Notes under the pieces: generated by a model | Told to the model about the DNA's origin: nothing | The model's database searches: none | The model's input: only the letters and a program-made list of their open reading frames with translations | From: Phoronis australis | Taxonomy: Eukaryota > Animalia > Phoronida | Direction: 5' to 3' | Assembly: GCA_002633005.1 (NCBI GenBank) | Contig: NMRA01000192.1 | Span: forward strand, 409,140 to 473,139 | Length of the DNA stretch: 64,000 bases | Shown here: positions 27,401 to 37,407 of the stretch, in pieces | Position numbering within the stretch: position 1 is the first letter of the stretch | Layout of the letters: the number at the start of each line of letters is the position of its first letter | Position numbers and translations under genes: made by a program

Positions 27401-30400
27401 GCTGTGTCTGCTTATTCCAGCTTGCCCCTGCAGGATGCTTTTGGAGTTTGTACGTGTATCACGTCATCAAAACCTGAGTTCCACTGCATTCTCTGATATC
27501 ACCAGTACTAAGATGGTGACCATTAATACACTTTTGACGATCATCTTTCCTCCTTTAATTCGACAATGTCTTTAGGACCAATTCAGTCATCCTATGTTTT
27601 AAAGTGAAATAAAAAATATTGGAAAAAGGGCTCAAAGATCTGTCCAAATGCTATTGGAAAGGAAAATAATTGAAGTTCATGATTATTGAAGAGCAGAGTC
27701 TTGCACATCTTGTGGAATTAAAGGCCGTCAATGCTTCCAATCTACTTATTTTTTTGCCTGCGTTACCTTTTCTACATCATTTTACTTGTCACGAGATTTG
27801 GATTAATGGTGAATCTGTGAAGCGTAAACCATTCCTGTTTGTTTCTTTGTATACGAAAACACCTCTCGAACCATAACACAGTTGACCTTGTGCACGTGCA
27901 GCATCGTGTGATCAAGCGACACTTTGGGTCGGAAGGTTGCAATGCAACGTTTATGGTTGCGGTTAAAACAAACGCATCAAAGCTTTAAACGCTGTTCGTA
28001 CAACATTTATTAGCGGGTTGGTAAACTTTTTTCAGGAATTTAAAAATGGTAACACAACCATGTTTTTGACGAAATGAAGCAAAATATTACAGACCGGTAC
28101 AAAAAATATTAACTGCAAGAAATGGAACTCTTGATAGCTTTACTTTCAGGTGGTGTTAAGAGCTTTAACGGATAACCTGACCCAAAGCAGCTCATGTGGA
28201 CCGTAATGACTGTAGAAATCAATCTGCCATTGCAATGTAATGTGTGAAATCTCAAAGTCAAATATTGATATTGCAAGGAAATCAAAAAACCTATTGTTAC
28301 TGGGCCCAAATGCAAAACAAATGACGTGTTTTATTCTTTAATAACGATGTTGTCAGTGACTTCATTTGTTACATAACACAAACAAAATGTGTTCCGAAGG
28401 CAAAGATTTTACATGCAAAGTCAATACAATAATTGGAACTAAAATCGTAAAATCAACACTTTCAATTGAGATGAAACAGTGCAAACATCACCGTTGTTTA
28501 TGAGGAGTATCAAACCAATGAGGCTTGATATGACCATTTTATTCTTTTAGAAGTCTATGACGTCAATTCATTAATTAAAGCAAATAGAAAATATCATTAC
28601 CTATTGGTTTCTCTTATAGTAAATGTATGGGCAGAGCCATTTTACAATTAATAGAAAAGGTGCTAGATGACGTACATTGTAATTCAGGCACGTGAAGTAC
28701 GTGCTGTGTCTATAAAACGTAACTTTTGAAAAAGCTCCCTCGAAATGTTCTTCCGACGTTGCACATCTGGCAGGCTAAAAGCAACTTTTTTTAGAAACTT
28801 TGAGTTGTAATTGGTCGCATCAAGTTGACAAAAAGAGCTAATGTCACATGTGTAGCACGCCGGGAAAATTGCCTGAAAGGCGTCGGAATAAATTTGCCGT
28901 TTTTCGCGTTGTTTTGTAATTAAAATGTCAAAATCGTGTCATCAATATCACAACAGGGATGGATTTTAATAGACAAAGCGCAGTCTGGAAATCATTACTC
29001 AGTGATTCCATGAATATTCAAACAAAGGTATATTGAATATTTCTACTCGTATCCTCCGAGTCGTATCCTGTAGTCAGCCGGCCAATCTTAATAAGTCTTC
29101 TAACTAAAAATTTGATGCCAAATTTATGCTAGAAGCAAACAGCACATACACTGTACATGTATCACAATAATTCAAAACCATCACTTACCACTTTGTGGGA
29201 GGTTACTAAGAACAAAATTAAGAAAGTTATTGACTGGTAAGGTTAATTAAACGTGGATTTTGTTACAAATATACAAGTCTTGTGTTTAGAATTCAGCTTT
29301 GCAGTATTGAGTGTGAGGTATGCCGGGAAATATGCGTCATGGGGATTTATATGCTTAACAAATGATTTTACATGTATTTCTACGTATCGCTTAGTTGCCG
29401 GCTGCCTCGTACATATTACGATGCCTTTTGTCCGTCATCCAAACTAACCCAAATGATACATACATGTACATATACACTGTAATGAGATTTTAGACTCAAC
29501 ACGCTTTTGGTTGAATTACCCGTTGAATTTGCAAATCATTCCAAGAAGTTATTAACACGTTTTTTATTTTTTGATTATTACAGAATTTGCGTATTATCGT
29601 AGTCTTCGATTTTTAATTTACGTTTTTGGAAAAAAATTAAAAAATGCCAAATTTTATACTGAACCCACCCTATACCACCGCCCATCACCAGTGAATGGTT
29701 ATGTGTGTAGCTACATGTTACTCTAAAGAACCCAGAATACTCCGAGCTTAAACTGGGAACAAATTGTCTAATAATCCCCTAACTACAAAAAAGAACTTCT
29801 ACTGTCAGAATGAACAACAGGCCAGGTAGCCGTATTGGTTTTGAGTCCGGGATATTTTAAATTTTTAAGAAAAAATAATCTCAATCTATAGCTAAACACA
29901 CGAGTAGGAGCGTTAGCTACTTTACAGTAGAACATTCTCTCTGGTATTTTTAAAAATCTTCTGTAAAACTGGTTGCATGAAAAGGCGCCTGCGATTATTG
30001 CAAAATTTCAAATCATTTTATCTCAGTCTGTTCGGTACTTCACATTTGAGCTCATCTCTCAGTCATGTATTGATCAATTTTGATGAAATCCTTTAATTTA
30101 AAATATGATACAAATGAACTCTAAATCCGTCACAACGTTATTTTTTTCTTTGAAAGCGAAATCATGACAGAATATTTTTGTTTGCCTAATCTCAAAAACA
30201 AGCACAAAAATGTTGAGCTACAATGACTTGATGCTTGTTACTGTTTAGTGGCTCTTTTAGTTTTTTTTTTCTACGTTTGCCTCTGTATCTTCGGAGTTCC
30301 TTTATGCATTTTATTGAATTTGGCAAATACATGTAAAGGTCTGTTATGGAGACGATGACGTCTTCTCATTTTACAAACCTAACGACAAGTGTTTTCTGCA

Positions 30401-33400
30401 TGAGCGAACGTAAAGTGTTTGACTTAACAAGTGTGGGAGACACATACCACTAGCGTATTGAGAGCTCCTGTCCATTTACAGCCTTTAGTATGATTAGAGC
30501 ATTTGACGGGCAGTTTTTCAATTTCTCGCGTGAAAGCCTTGTCGACGTAAACCTGAAAATGAGAAAAGTTTGTTATTCGAAATACTTCTAAACGAACGCA
30601 TTATCACTCGAGCCACGGAAATGTGAAATTTGCAAACATTTCATTGACATGCAGCTGTTGTCCTTTAGTAGGTCAGAGCTTTAGTGTCTCAGATATTCGT
30701 AAGAAAGAAAAAAATATTCTAGTTGTCTATTTTTCATCCAAAGACAATCGCACAACCGAGAGTCCATCTCGTTGCGAAAGGAATGGCTCCAACACCTCTT
30801 CAAGTCGTCGAGCAACGTCACGGTTGGAATACCAAATATTTCGCTTTTTCAAGAACACCATAGAGCATATTTTAAGCACCACGAGTTCCATCTTAGCAAA
30901 CCATTGTTTCGTCAATGTTTTGACGTGGAACCCTTGGTTTCTTCTCTTTAATAGGCCAAGTAAGCCCGCCTTTTTACACGTGATCAAACCATGGACCGAA
31001 TGGAGTTCAAACGTTACTTAAACGAAGAGCTTTTTAACCACCAACAAAACTCGATTTAATAAGGTTTTTAAAAAGTTTACGATTTCCACTTGCTACTTAA
31101 AAGTAGCAACTCACAACAGCTGCCATAAGCTGTTTGAATTTGTATTAGAACGTCTGCGTCTAAAAGATTGATTGGAAAAATAAGAATGCTCATAATGCAT
31201 TTTTGCACATTGCTCTTAATGATTGTACATTTAGTCTTTATGGATGAAACTTTTGCTGAATAAGTTCCACCAAGTGAACATTGTAAACCAAATTGACAAA
31301 ATCACAGAAACGATGACTTGATGGTTTAGAGAGTGCCGTGTTACTGAATAAGGCAGGTATTGGAAGACGATGATACATGTATGGCCATAACATTTCGGGA
31401 AAGCATCATTTTGTGTAGTTACTTACAAGTCATTGCACGTACACTTTAACGAGGTTGTTGCCGTCTCGATGGCGTCACTTTTGTTTGCATAAATTAAGAT
31501 ATTTTGAAACATTTAATCGATTTTTGTAAGAATGAACTTAATAAAAATCGCTATTCGTGAAATTTGAAATCCTCACGTTGTGAGAAAGTCTCTGCTCAGT
31601 GTTTTAATTTTATTATCTGTTTCTGGCATACACGTAATTGCTCAAGGCATATGGTAATTAGCCAAGGACGTGCTGAGGCTGAGGCGGAAATCCACGGGCG
31701 ACTTGTCCATTAAGCACAATTATCACAACGTAAGCCAGAGAACGCAGCCTTCTCGGACAGGCAGACATGTTCGGAATTCGTTCATCATATTTTAGTTTGT
31801 AGAATGTTTTATTTATTTCACTTTATAGAGAACGTTCTAAATGTCTTATAGCAAAATAAAATATGCATAGTAAATTATGCAAAATGGACCACAGTTGCGT
31901 TAAAAGGATAGCATTCGCATTTTAAATATCTGTCAGTTTTGTGTAGACTTGAATGTCAGGATGAACATTTTCTTGTGAATGAATTGAGCCTTTACTCTTG
32001 TTTAGAGTTACGTTCAGTACTAAGTAGGGAGGTCAAAAGTGATCAAATACATGGTCGCATCCAGCCTAAAAATGGGGGCTCATTTTTTTTTGAAAAAGTG
32101 GACCTTTTACTAAGATTCACGGGCTACATTCAGAGTTATGAATTTTGCATTCCCAGAATTTTGGTAGTGGTTGATTTATTGGTGGAATTTTATTTTGTTT
32201 CCTACTTTCTTCGCAGTTTTTGTTTCTCTGAGGCGGACCTTTTTACTACTTCGTCAAATAGGAGGCTCGCCTGGGTGCGTGCAAGAAATTCAAATGAAAA
32301 TGAAATGAAATATGAAAGTCAAAAATAACACCTTCGTATTGACGCTCCGCATTCCGACCACAGTATAACCATAAAGTTTAACGGTCCTTAGTTCACAAGA
32401 TTGATTTCTGTGATGATCTACAAATTAAATTCAAAACTTTCGACTCCAAGCATCGCGCAAAACGGAGTAATAGCTCTATTACCCAAACAACGCGCAATGT
32501 AACTTTAAAGGCGTTAGTTTGCCGATTTGTGTTGCTGTATCCGTGGTTCCTAAGCTACAACGTGTAAAGTCGAAGTCCTGTAGTCAGCCACACATACAAG
32601 GTATTCACGGTAGTTAAGCCACGATTACATTTGTTACAAGGAAATATCCATAATTTACAAGTGCTGTGATAGCCATTTTGAGTTTATCAATGCCAAATGA
32701 CACCGCACCCATTAGCTGTATTGAGAAATGTTAGAAAGTCCTAAACAATCACTCTGTTACAATTCAAATGAGATGAAAACGCGTTTCGTCCTCTGTTGCC
32801 TGTTAAAGAGAAATCGATAGGGGGTAATGAAGCATTTCTTGGCATTTGGTTCAGTTGACGTAGATCTCAAAAGCATGAATCAGGTAAGTTAGTAACTCGT
32901 GAAAATGTTAGTTATTGTGGCAGGATTAGCAATAATGCGATGGTCCAACGAATCTGTGTAGTGCGTCTCTTCACTTAGTACACGGAAATGCGCAATAATC
33001 AAGTCGGGTGAGCCAATAGCCCTTCACCAACTAATCGATGTTAACGATGAAGAATGCATAACTTCACAGTCAAAAACAAACAATATCATTGCGGAATTAG
33101 CCGCTGATTGATTTTTCCAATTTTCTAGAAATTCCTGTAATCTACATCTCATGTAGCATGCAAGCGTTCACTCACCTTGTCTCTGTCGACAATACTCTGG
33201 TCAATGGGGCACCGTGGCGCAACCCTACAATGTCAGAATGAGACACTGTCAATCTAGTGAAAGGCTTTAGAAGAAATGAGCCTCACGGGCTGCCTGAACG
33301 ATGCACCTCAACAATAACAACACTACCAATAAGTCATTATAAAATCATATTTTTGAAACTTGATTAACGTGACGATGAATAAATAATGACTGCTTATCCC

Positions 33401-33931
33401 CAACGTAGCGCAGCCGGGGATTGATACTGTTACCTTTCTGTTTACTTTATTTGTTTCAAATGAATTCCAAACACAATTTAGTTGACATGAAACTTCTTGG
33501 AAAGAATTGGAAGGTCTTAGTGAGCCATGTAGGTCAAAAAAAGCATGAAATGGTCGGTGACTGGTCACAGTACCGCGTTTGGGTACAGTATTCAGTGCCA
33601 ACCATAGACACGGTTCAGTTGAAAGACATTTGTGTAGTCCTCACTCTTGGTCAAGCTGGTATACATGTAAATTATCAAAGATATCCTACCTCAATAACTC
33701 AGGTAAGCAAGATGAACAGCATCTGTGACCACAGTCTTCGAACTGAACCGGATACCGAAGAACTTGGCAGCAGACGGGGCACTCAAATCTCTTGTCCAGA
33801 CCGTTGACGAAGACCAACTCCAAGTCCGACCTGGAATTATTAGATATCTTAGACAGTCCACTGACGTTTGACACGGTAGAACCTGGGCGCTTCGTGTCGA
33901 GGTTAGACGGTAGCGGAGACCTCTCGGGCAT
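21112..33931 (-). CDS. TRAF: TNF receptor-associated factor (TRAF family, TRAF4-like MATH domain), spliced 7-exon CDS, 458 aa
   Basis: Join of 33690-33931, 33176-33224, 30448-30552, 25497-25736, 24817-25039, 24219-24407 and 21112-21440 gives 1377 nt with no stops and GT-AG introns. Domains: C3HC3D RING (CPVC...CGHRCCSSC...CPID), five TRAF zinc fingers, coiled coil, MATH (LVWKIDHY...FSPPFLTSRHGYKL...GEYDPLLLWPF...FTLIDQ...YIRDDTMYIKVDID). Exact paralog assignment needs a phylogeny. Confidence 0.95.
21545..22320 (+). mobile_element. Decayed non-LTR retrotransposon (LINE) reverse transcriptase fragment, antisense in TRAF intron 6
   Basis: Frameshifted RT motifs: CFLDAYNAFDRLNHVKLLKKLISRNLP; PGVRQGRPLSRYLFNVDMD; FKRADGL (degenerate YADD region); LGHIITSSLTDDSDILRQRR; NSLIRKFHMC; PMYTAYLWWNF. 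Confidence 0.88.
23190..23256 (+). pseudogene. tRNA-derived (Ser-CGA-like) Pol III cassette, left arm of the foldback
   Basis: Box A-like TGTAGTGGTAA, box B GGTTCGAATCC, T-arm CCGGG/TTCGAAT/CCGG, and TTTT at 23271-23274. The anticodon stem does not pair properly. Confidence 0.6.
23380..23451 (-). pseudogene. tRNA-derived (Ser-CGA-like) Pol III cassette, right arm of the foldback
   Basis: Reads GCTGAG-TGGTGTAGTGCC...GACTCGAAA...GCGGG-TTCGAAT-CCTGC-CTCGGT. Acceptor-like and T stems pair; loop CT-CGA-AA resembles tRNA-Ser(CGA). Confidence 0.6.
24219..24407 (-). CDS. TRAF: TRAF coding exon 6 (189 nt, N-terminal part of MATH domain)
   Basis: Acceptor gtccttgctatgaag| (AAG; the nearby TAG is out of phase). 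Encodes GETRMTTLEKLYGSQLVWKIDHY...YKLALSCCLYGEGK. Donor G|gtaagt. Confidence 0.9.
24817..25039 (-). CDS. TRAF: TRAF coding exon 5 (223 nt, last zinc finger and coiled coil)
   Basis: Acceptor ttgatag|, encodes LENHMENDCPKQRVPCPFVEAGC...HLSLVMETLK...HDERIAE, donor G|gtaaga, phase 1. Confidence 0.93.
25497..25736 (-). CDS. TRAF: TRAF coding exon 4 (240 nt, zinc fingers)
   Basis: Acceptor tttttctctcag|, encodes QHTETCKYITVACPQGCG...CEFC...HLNVCPKFLVPCPNGCKKKEIPREE, donor |gtaagt. Confidence 0.95.
30448..30552 (-). CDS. TRAF: TRAF coding exon 3 (105 nt, start of zinc finger 1)
   Basis: Acceptor cttttctcattttcag|, encodes VYVDKAFTREIEKLPVKCSNHTKGCKWTGALNTLV, donor |gtatgt. Not in the ORF track. 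Confidence 0.93.
32050..32285. mobile_element. MITE family C copy in TRAF intron 2
   Basis: CATGGTCGCATCCAGCCTAAAAATGGGGGCTC ... GTGGACCTTTT ... CCTGGGTGCGTGCAAG, similar to 14532-14765. Flanks AAATA / AAATT. Confidence 0.6.
33176..33224 (-). CDS. TRAF: TRAF coding exon 2 (49 nt, end of RING)
   Basis: Acceptor ttgtag|, encodes (R)VAPRCPIDQSIVDRDK, donor |gtgagt. Supplies the final C-x-x-D RING ligands. Not in the ORF track. Confidence 0.93.
33690..33931 (-). CDS. TRAF: TRAF coding exon 1 (start codon and most of the RING finger)
   Basis: ATG at 33931 in aaaATG context, with an in-frame stop upstream at 33958-33956. Encodes MPERSPL...RFECPVCCQVLRYPVQFEDCGHRCCSSCLPELLR. Donor AG|gtagga, phase 2. 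Confidence 0.92.
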
Positions 33932-33955
33932 TTTGACAGAATCTGTTTTGAACGG

Positions 33956-33964
33956 TTATTTCAT
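33956..33964 (-). promoter_or_regulatory. Minimal upstream ORF (ATG AAA TAA) in the presumptive TRAF 5' UTR
   Basis: Start-Lys-stop ending 24 nt before the TRAF ATG, in the same frame. Whether it lies in the mRNA is unverified. Confidence 0.4.
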
Positions 33965-34583
33965 TGAAATCCCGTAACCAGTTACTCCTGTCAGAACGAT
34001 GCTTTCACTTCTCGCGTTTTTCTTGCGTCTTGGGCGCATAAAACTTTAACCAACAACGGACTGGCTTCAAGGAACTCTCGCCGCCGCGACCAAATGCCCG
34101 ATAGAGAAGATTGGTAAAGGAGGCAGGTATCGACTGCTTTACCGTGAAAGTAGTGTTTTATTATACAATTCAACCACGCTGCACGGCGATCAATTTTAAG
34201 GAAATCGATTTCGTTTCAACAGCGCAGAGTTGTTTATAGACAAGCGCGTTGGTAACGATCGAATGCGTTCTTTGTAATCAGAAATCAACCGTTGCATGGG
34301 GAATCAGCGATATTTTGTTAGCTGTAACAAGCTGTCTAGTAGACTAGGTACTTTCCATGTTCCAGCCTAGTCAAAGCAAGTTAATGAGAAATAAACTATG
34401 GTCATGTGACATGGGCTTTGTTAAGTGATTGCATTTATCTAAATCAAAATAGGAAAATATTATGTTTACATCGCCATCTTTCACAGTGATAACGAATGCA
34501 ACTGGCATAACACTATCATTAACTCGCCCCCTGCGAAAAATGACTGCTTGTCATTTAGGGCACCTTCCAAGAGGCGAAACCTG

Positions 34584-34983
34584 GGCCGGTCTCCAATCTT
34601 TTTACTCGAAATGGAACTCGAAATTAGGTTTGGCACTTTCTACTCTACTTTTGGGCGAACTCAAGATAAGTGTCTATTATTCTATGCTTGAGTACACAAT
34701 AACTTACATAGATAATTTATTGCCCTTAGTTCACAGTTTGTAAACCCAATATTAAAGCAATAAGTTCGAGTTTGAACTCGAAATTTCGAGTTTTAACTCG
34801 AGTTTGTAGCACGAATAAAAGGGTCTTCAAGGGCAAACTTAAACTAGAAACTCCTATGCATAAACTATAATGTATTCGAGCACAGCCTGATAACCAATTA
34901 TCTTAAGTTCGCACAAAAGGAGCAGAGAAATTGCCAAAAATAGTTTCGAGTTTGTTTCGAGTACAAAGATTAGAGACCGGGCC
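34584..34983. mobile_element. 400-bp MITE, PIF/Harbinger-like, about 0.65 kb upstream of the TRAF ATG
   Basis: ~28-bp terminal inverted repeats GGCCGGTCTCCAATCTTTTTACTCGAAA / TTTCGAGTACAAAGATTAGAGACCGGGCC, 3-bp TSD CTG on both sides, and multiple internal AACTCGA / TCGAGTT motifs. Confidence 0.8.
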
Positions 34984-37356
34984 CTGGACTTGGAAGCACT
35001 TGACAGTTTGTTATTGCTTAAAATTGTCCTCGGTAATTTATCTTGTCAGGTCCGGCATATCTTTTTTGTCCCAAGCATGGTCTGAAGGACTAGTGAACTG
35101 CCCGATCACCTTTTGCCCCGAAGTCATTCTCTTCTGAGCAAAGAACAATTTGTCACAACTTTTAGGGGAAGGATGTCTAAACCAAGAATTAGTATCCGAC
35201 GGCCATAAGAGGGCTTACACCGGCAGCCGTTGTTTTAATTGGTGACGTAGCAATAAAATTGGTAAGCGCTGGTGGAAACAGGGCAATGGTTAATATTTTG
35301 TATAATGTTGATATCGAAAAGAAGATGTAAAATTAAATTTTTGTGAAGTAATTCAATCAAGTTTCGAATTCATGGGCGTTTATTTTCTCATGACGCACAG
35401 TATGCACCTAGCGACTATGGTATTCATACCACAATAATTTGCAAACCACCTCAGAGTCGATTGCCAGCGTTTGAACCCTTGAATTAATGTAAACTTTCCA
35501 CAAGAAACCGACAAACTTATAGACATGAGACACGGGTATTGAGAATGCTATGATACATGTCGTCTGGGAATGAAGATGACGTCACCAGGGTATTGATGAA
35601 CTATGCAAAGTTCACATCAGTATTTGACAATTTTGATGGCGTGAAGACGACACTGAACAGACGAACCAACTGAATTAAAAGTCTTCTAAATCTGTATACC
35701 TTCACAATGGCACAATAAAAACATTCTGCGTGAGCGTAAATTTTACGTAATTCGCTTTACACTTGTGCAAGACACTGGCCTAGATGACAGGAAGGAAACA
35801 CAGTTTCTTTCTTCACTAACATTTTTTAAGATGGACGTTTCTATGTACAGCAAGTCGTTTAAATATCTCTCCGCTCAAAAGTTTCAATTTTATATTATGT
35901 TAGTAGCAAAGAATTTATTTTAAAAACACTGGCAAAATCACATTGCATTTTATTCGTATGAGAACTCAGAACGTTAACCCCACTACCGCCATCTAGCGAC
36001 CAAGCGCCGCCTCATACCAAAATGATATTGCCGATCCTGGTCACCTTCTTTTGTTTTTGCATCACATTTCCAGGAAATTCTCAAACATGGATATAATCCA
36101 TACACGTATGTTCGTAGGAAATTCCTGAAATTTTGAAGTGTATCTCATTTATTTTTGTCTTATGGTGAGCGATTTCATGAAACGAAAGTCACAAAGAGAC
36201 TGATTTGAGTGGTGCGGCTTCCCGGTTTTGGAAGCATGGCTTAAATTTGAGATCTCAAGAAAACTGCTACAGTGCCTTTCAGTGGATCACATTGTTTAAC
36301 GATTAGCTAAGCATCAGTCTGTCGAAATCCTGAGGACATTTTGTACCTGTGTGATCCTTTGAAAACGATTTTGACAGTCCTTTTACTGGTGTCATTTCCT
36401 GTTCACCCATCACCCTAATTAACTAGAGTCTGATACTCAAACACACAAAACGATGACGTTTAAACCTTTCCACATCCCGATAAATGATTGTCATTTCTAA
36501 GTACGTCATTCAGGTTGCAAGTACAATGACAATCAAAAGTGCGTCAACCGCCAAAAATGGGGCCGCTTCAAGTCAATGTCAAGTAAATCGTCGCTTTTGT
36601 TTGAATGGGGTAGAAGTCAATTACTATAACATGGAATGGAAAACTTCAAGACCAGAAAGGAGACTTAAATTTGTGAGTTCCTTTGAGGTCGTAATTGTGA
36701 ATGAAACACATTCGAACATTTAAAACTATACGTCTGGAACTGTAAGCCACTACTTGTACTTCTGACTGTCACACAACATGGAGAGCACAGTGGTTGGCAT
36801 CGTACTGGGCCAGAAACAGAGGGGTTTGGAGATCGACTCCTTCGTCTTTAAGGCCCACGTATACTGTATTTATGTGAGTGCATGCTGCCATCATAAGTTT
36901 CGGGCCAGCAGACGACGGATGTCGACGAAATTTGGACAGGACCGACTAACTGTTACCATTACTTGTAGCCTAACTTTAGATCATTACGTTTGCCTCTGAC
37001 TGTATTTACGAAGTTCCTTGGCCGAATGCTGTGACATTTGGTATGCAGATTTCTATGATGACGACACATTCTCATATCTACATTATTGTGCTTTTGGCAC
37101 CCACCTGGCAAACCACTTGAAGGGTCATTGCGTTCCCATTGAGGACAGCACCTCTGGTAAGCGCTCATTTTCGAATGAGGCTGACAACAGAGGCCCACAG
37201 AAGTGGGTTGAATGTTGTTTTGCATAAGTTTTTTCTACGACAATATCCATAACGTTCCTTGTTTTTTACGAAAATTGGTATATTCGTTTCTATTGACAAG
37301 GGAAAGTCTGGCAGGAAAATTTTCGAACGCGTCCGACTACAGTTTCGCCCTCTTGC

Positions 37357-37407
37357 GGCCTTTTTGTCGATGACTTTTAAGTCATCGACAAAAAGGCCTT
37401 AGACTAG
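37357..37407 (+). repeat. Perfect 20-bp palindrome followed by CTAG (possible Helitron-type 3' end)
   Basis: GGCCTTTTTGTCGATGACTT-tt-AAGTCATCGACAAAAAGGCC, then ttagaCTAG|T. Confidence 0.55.

Noticed and set aside
36070-36130. NF-kB-like sites (GGAAATTC) upstream of TRAF
   Set aside because: They do not match GGGRNWYYCC fully and are expected by chance.
36778-37227. Two plus-strand ORFs separated by a single in-frame TGA (possible selenoprotein or readthrough; contains GKR)
   Set aside because: No recognisable family, signal peptide or SECIS-like structure; compatible with chance.
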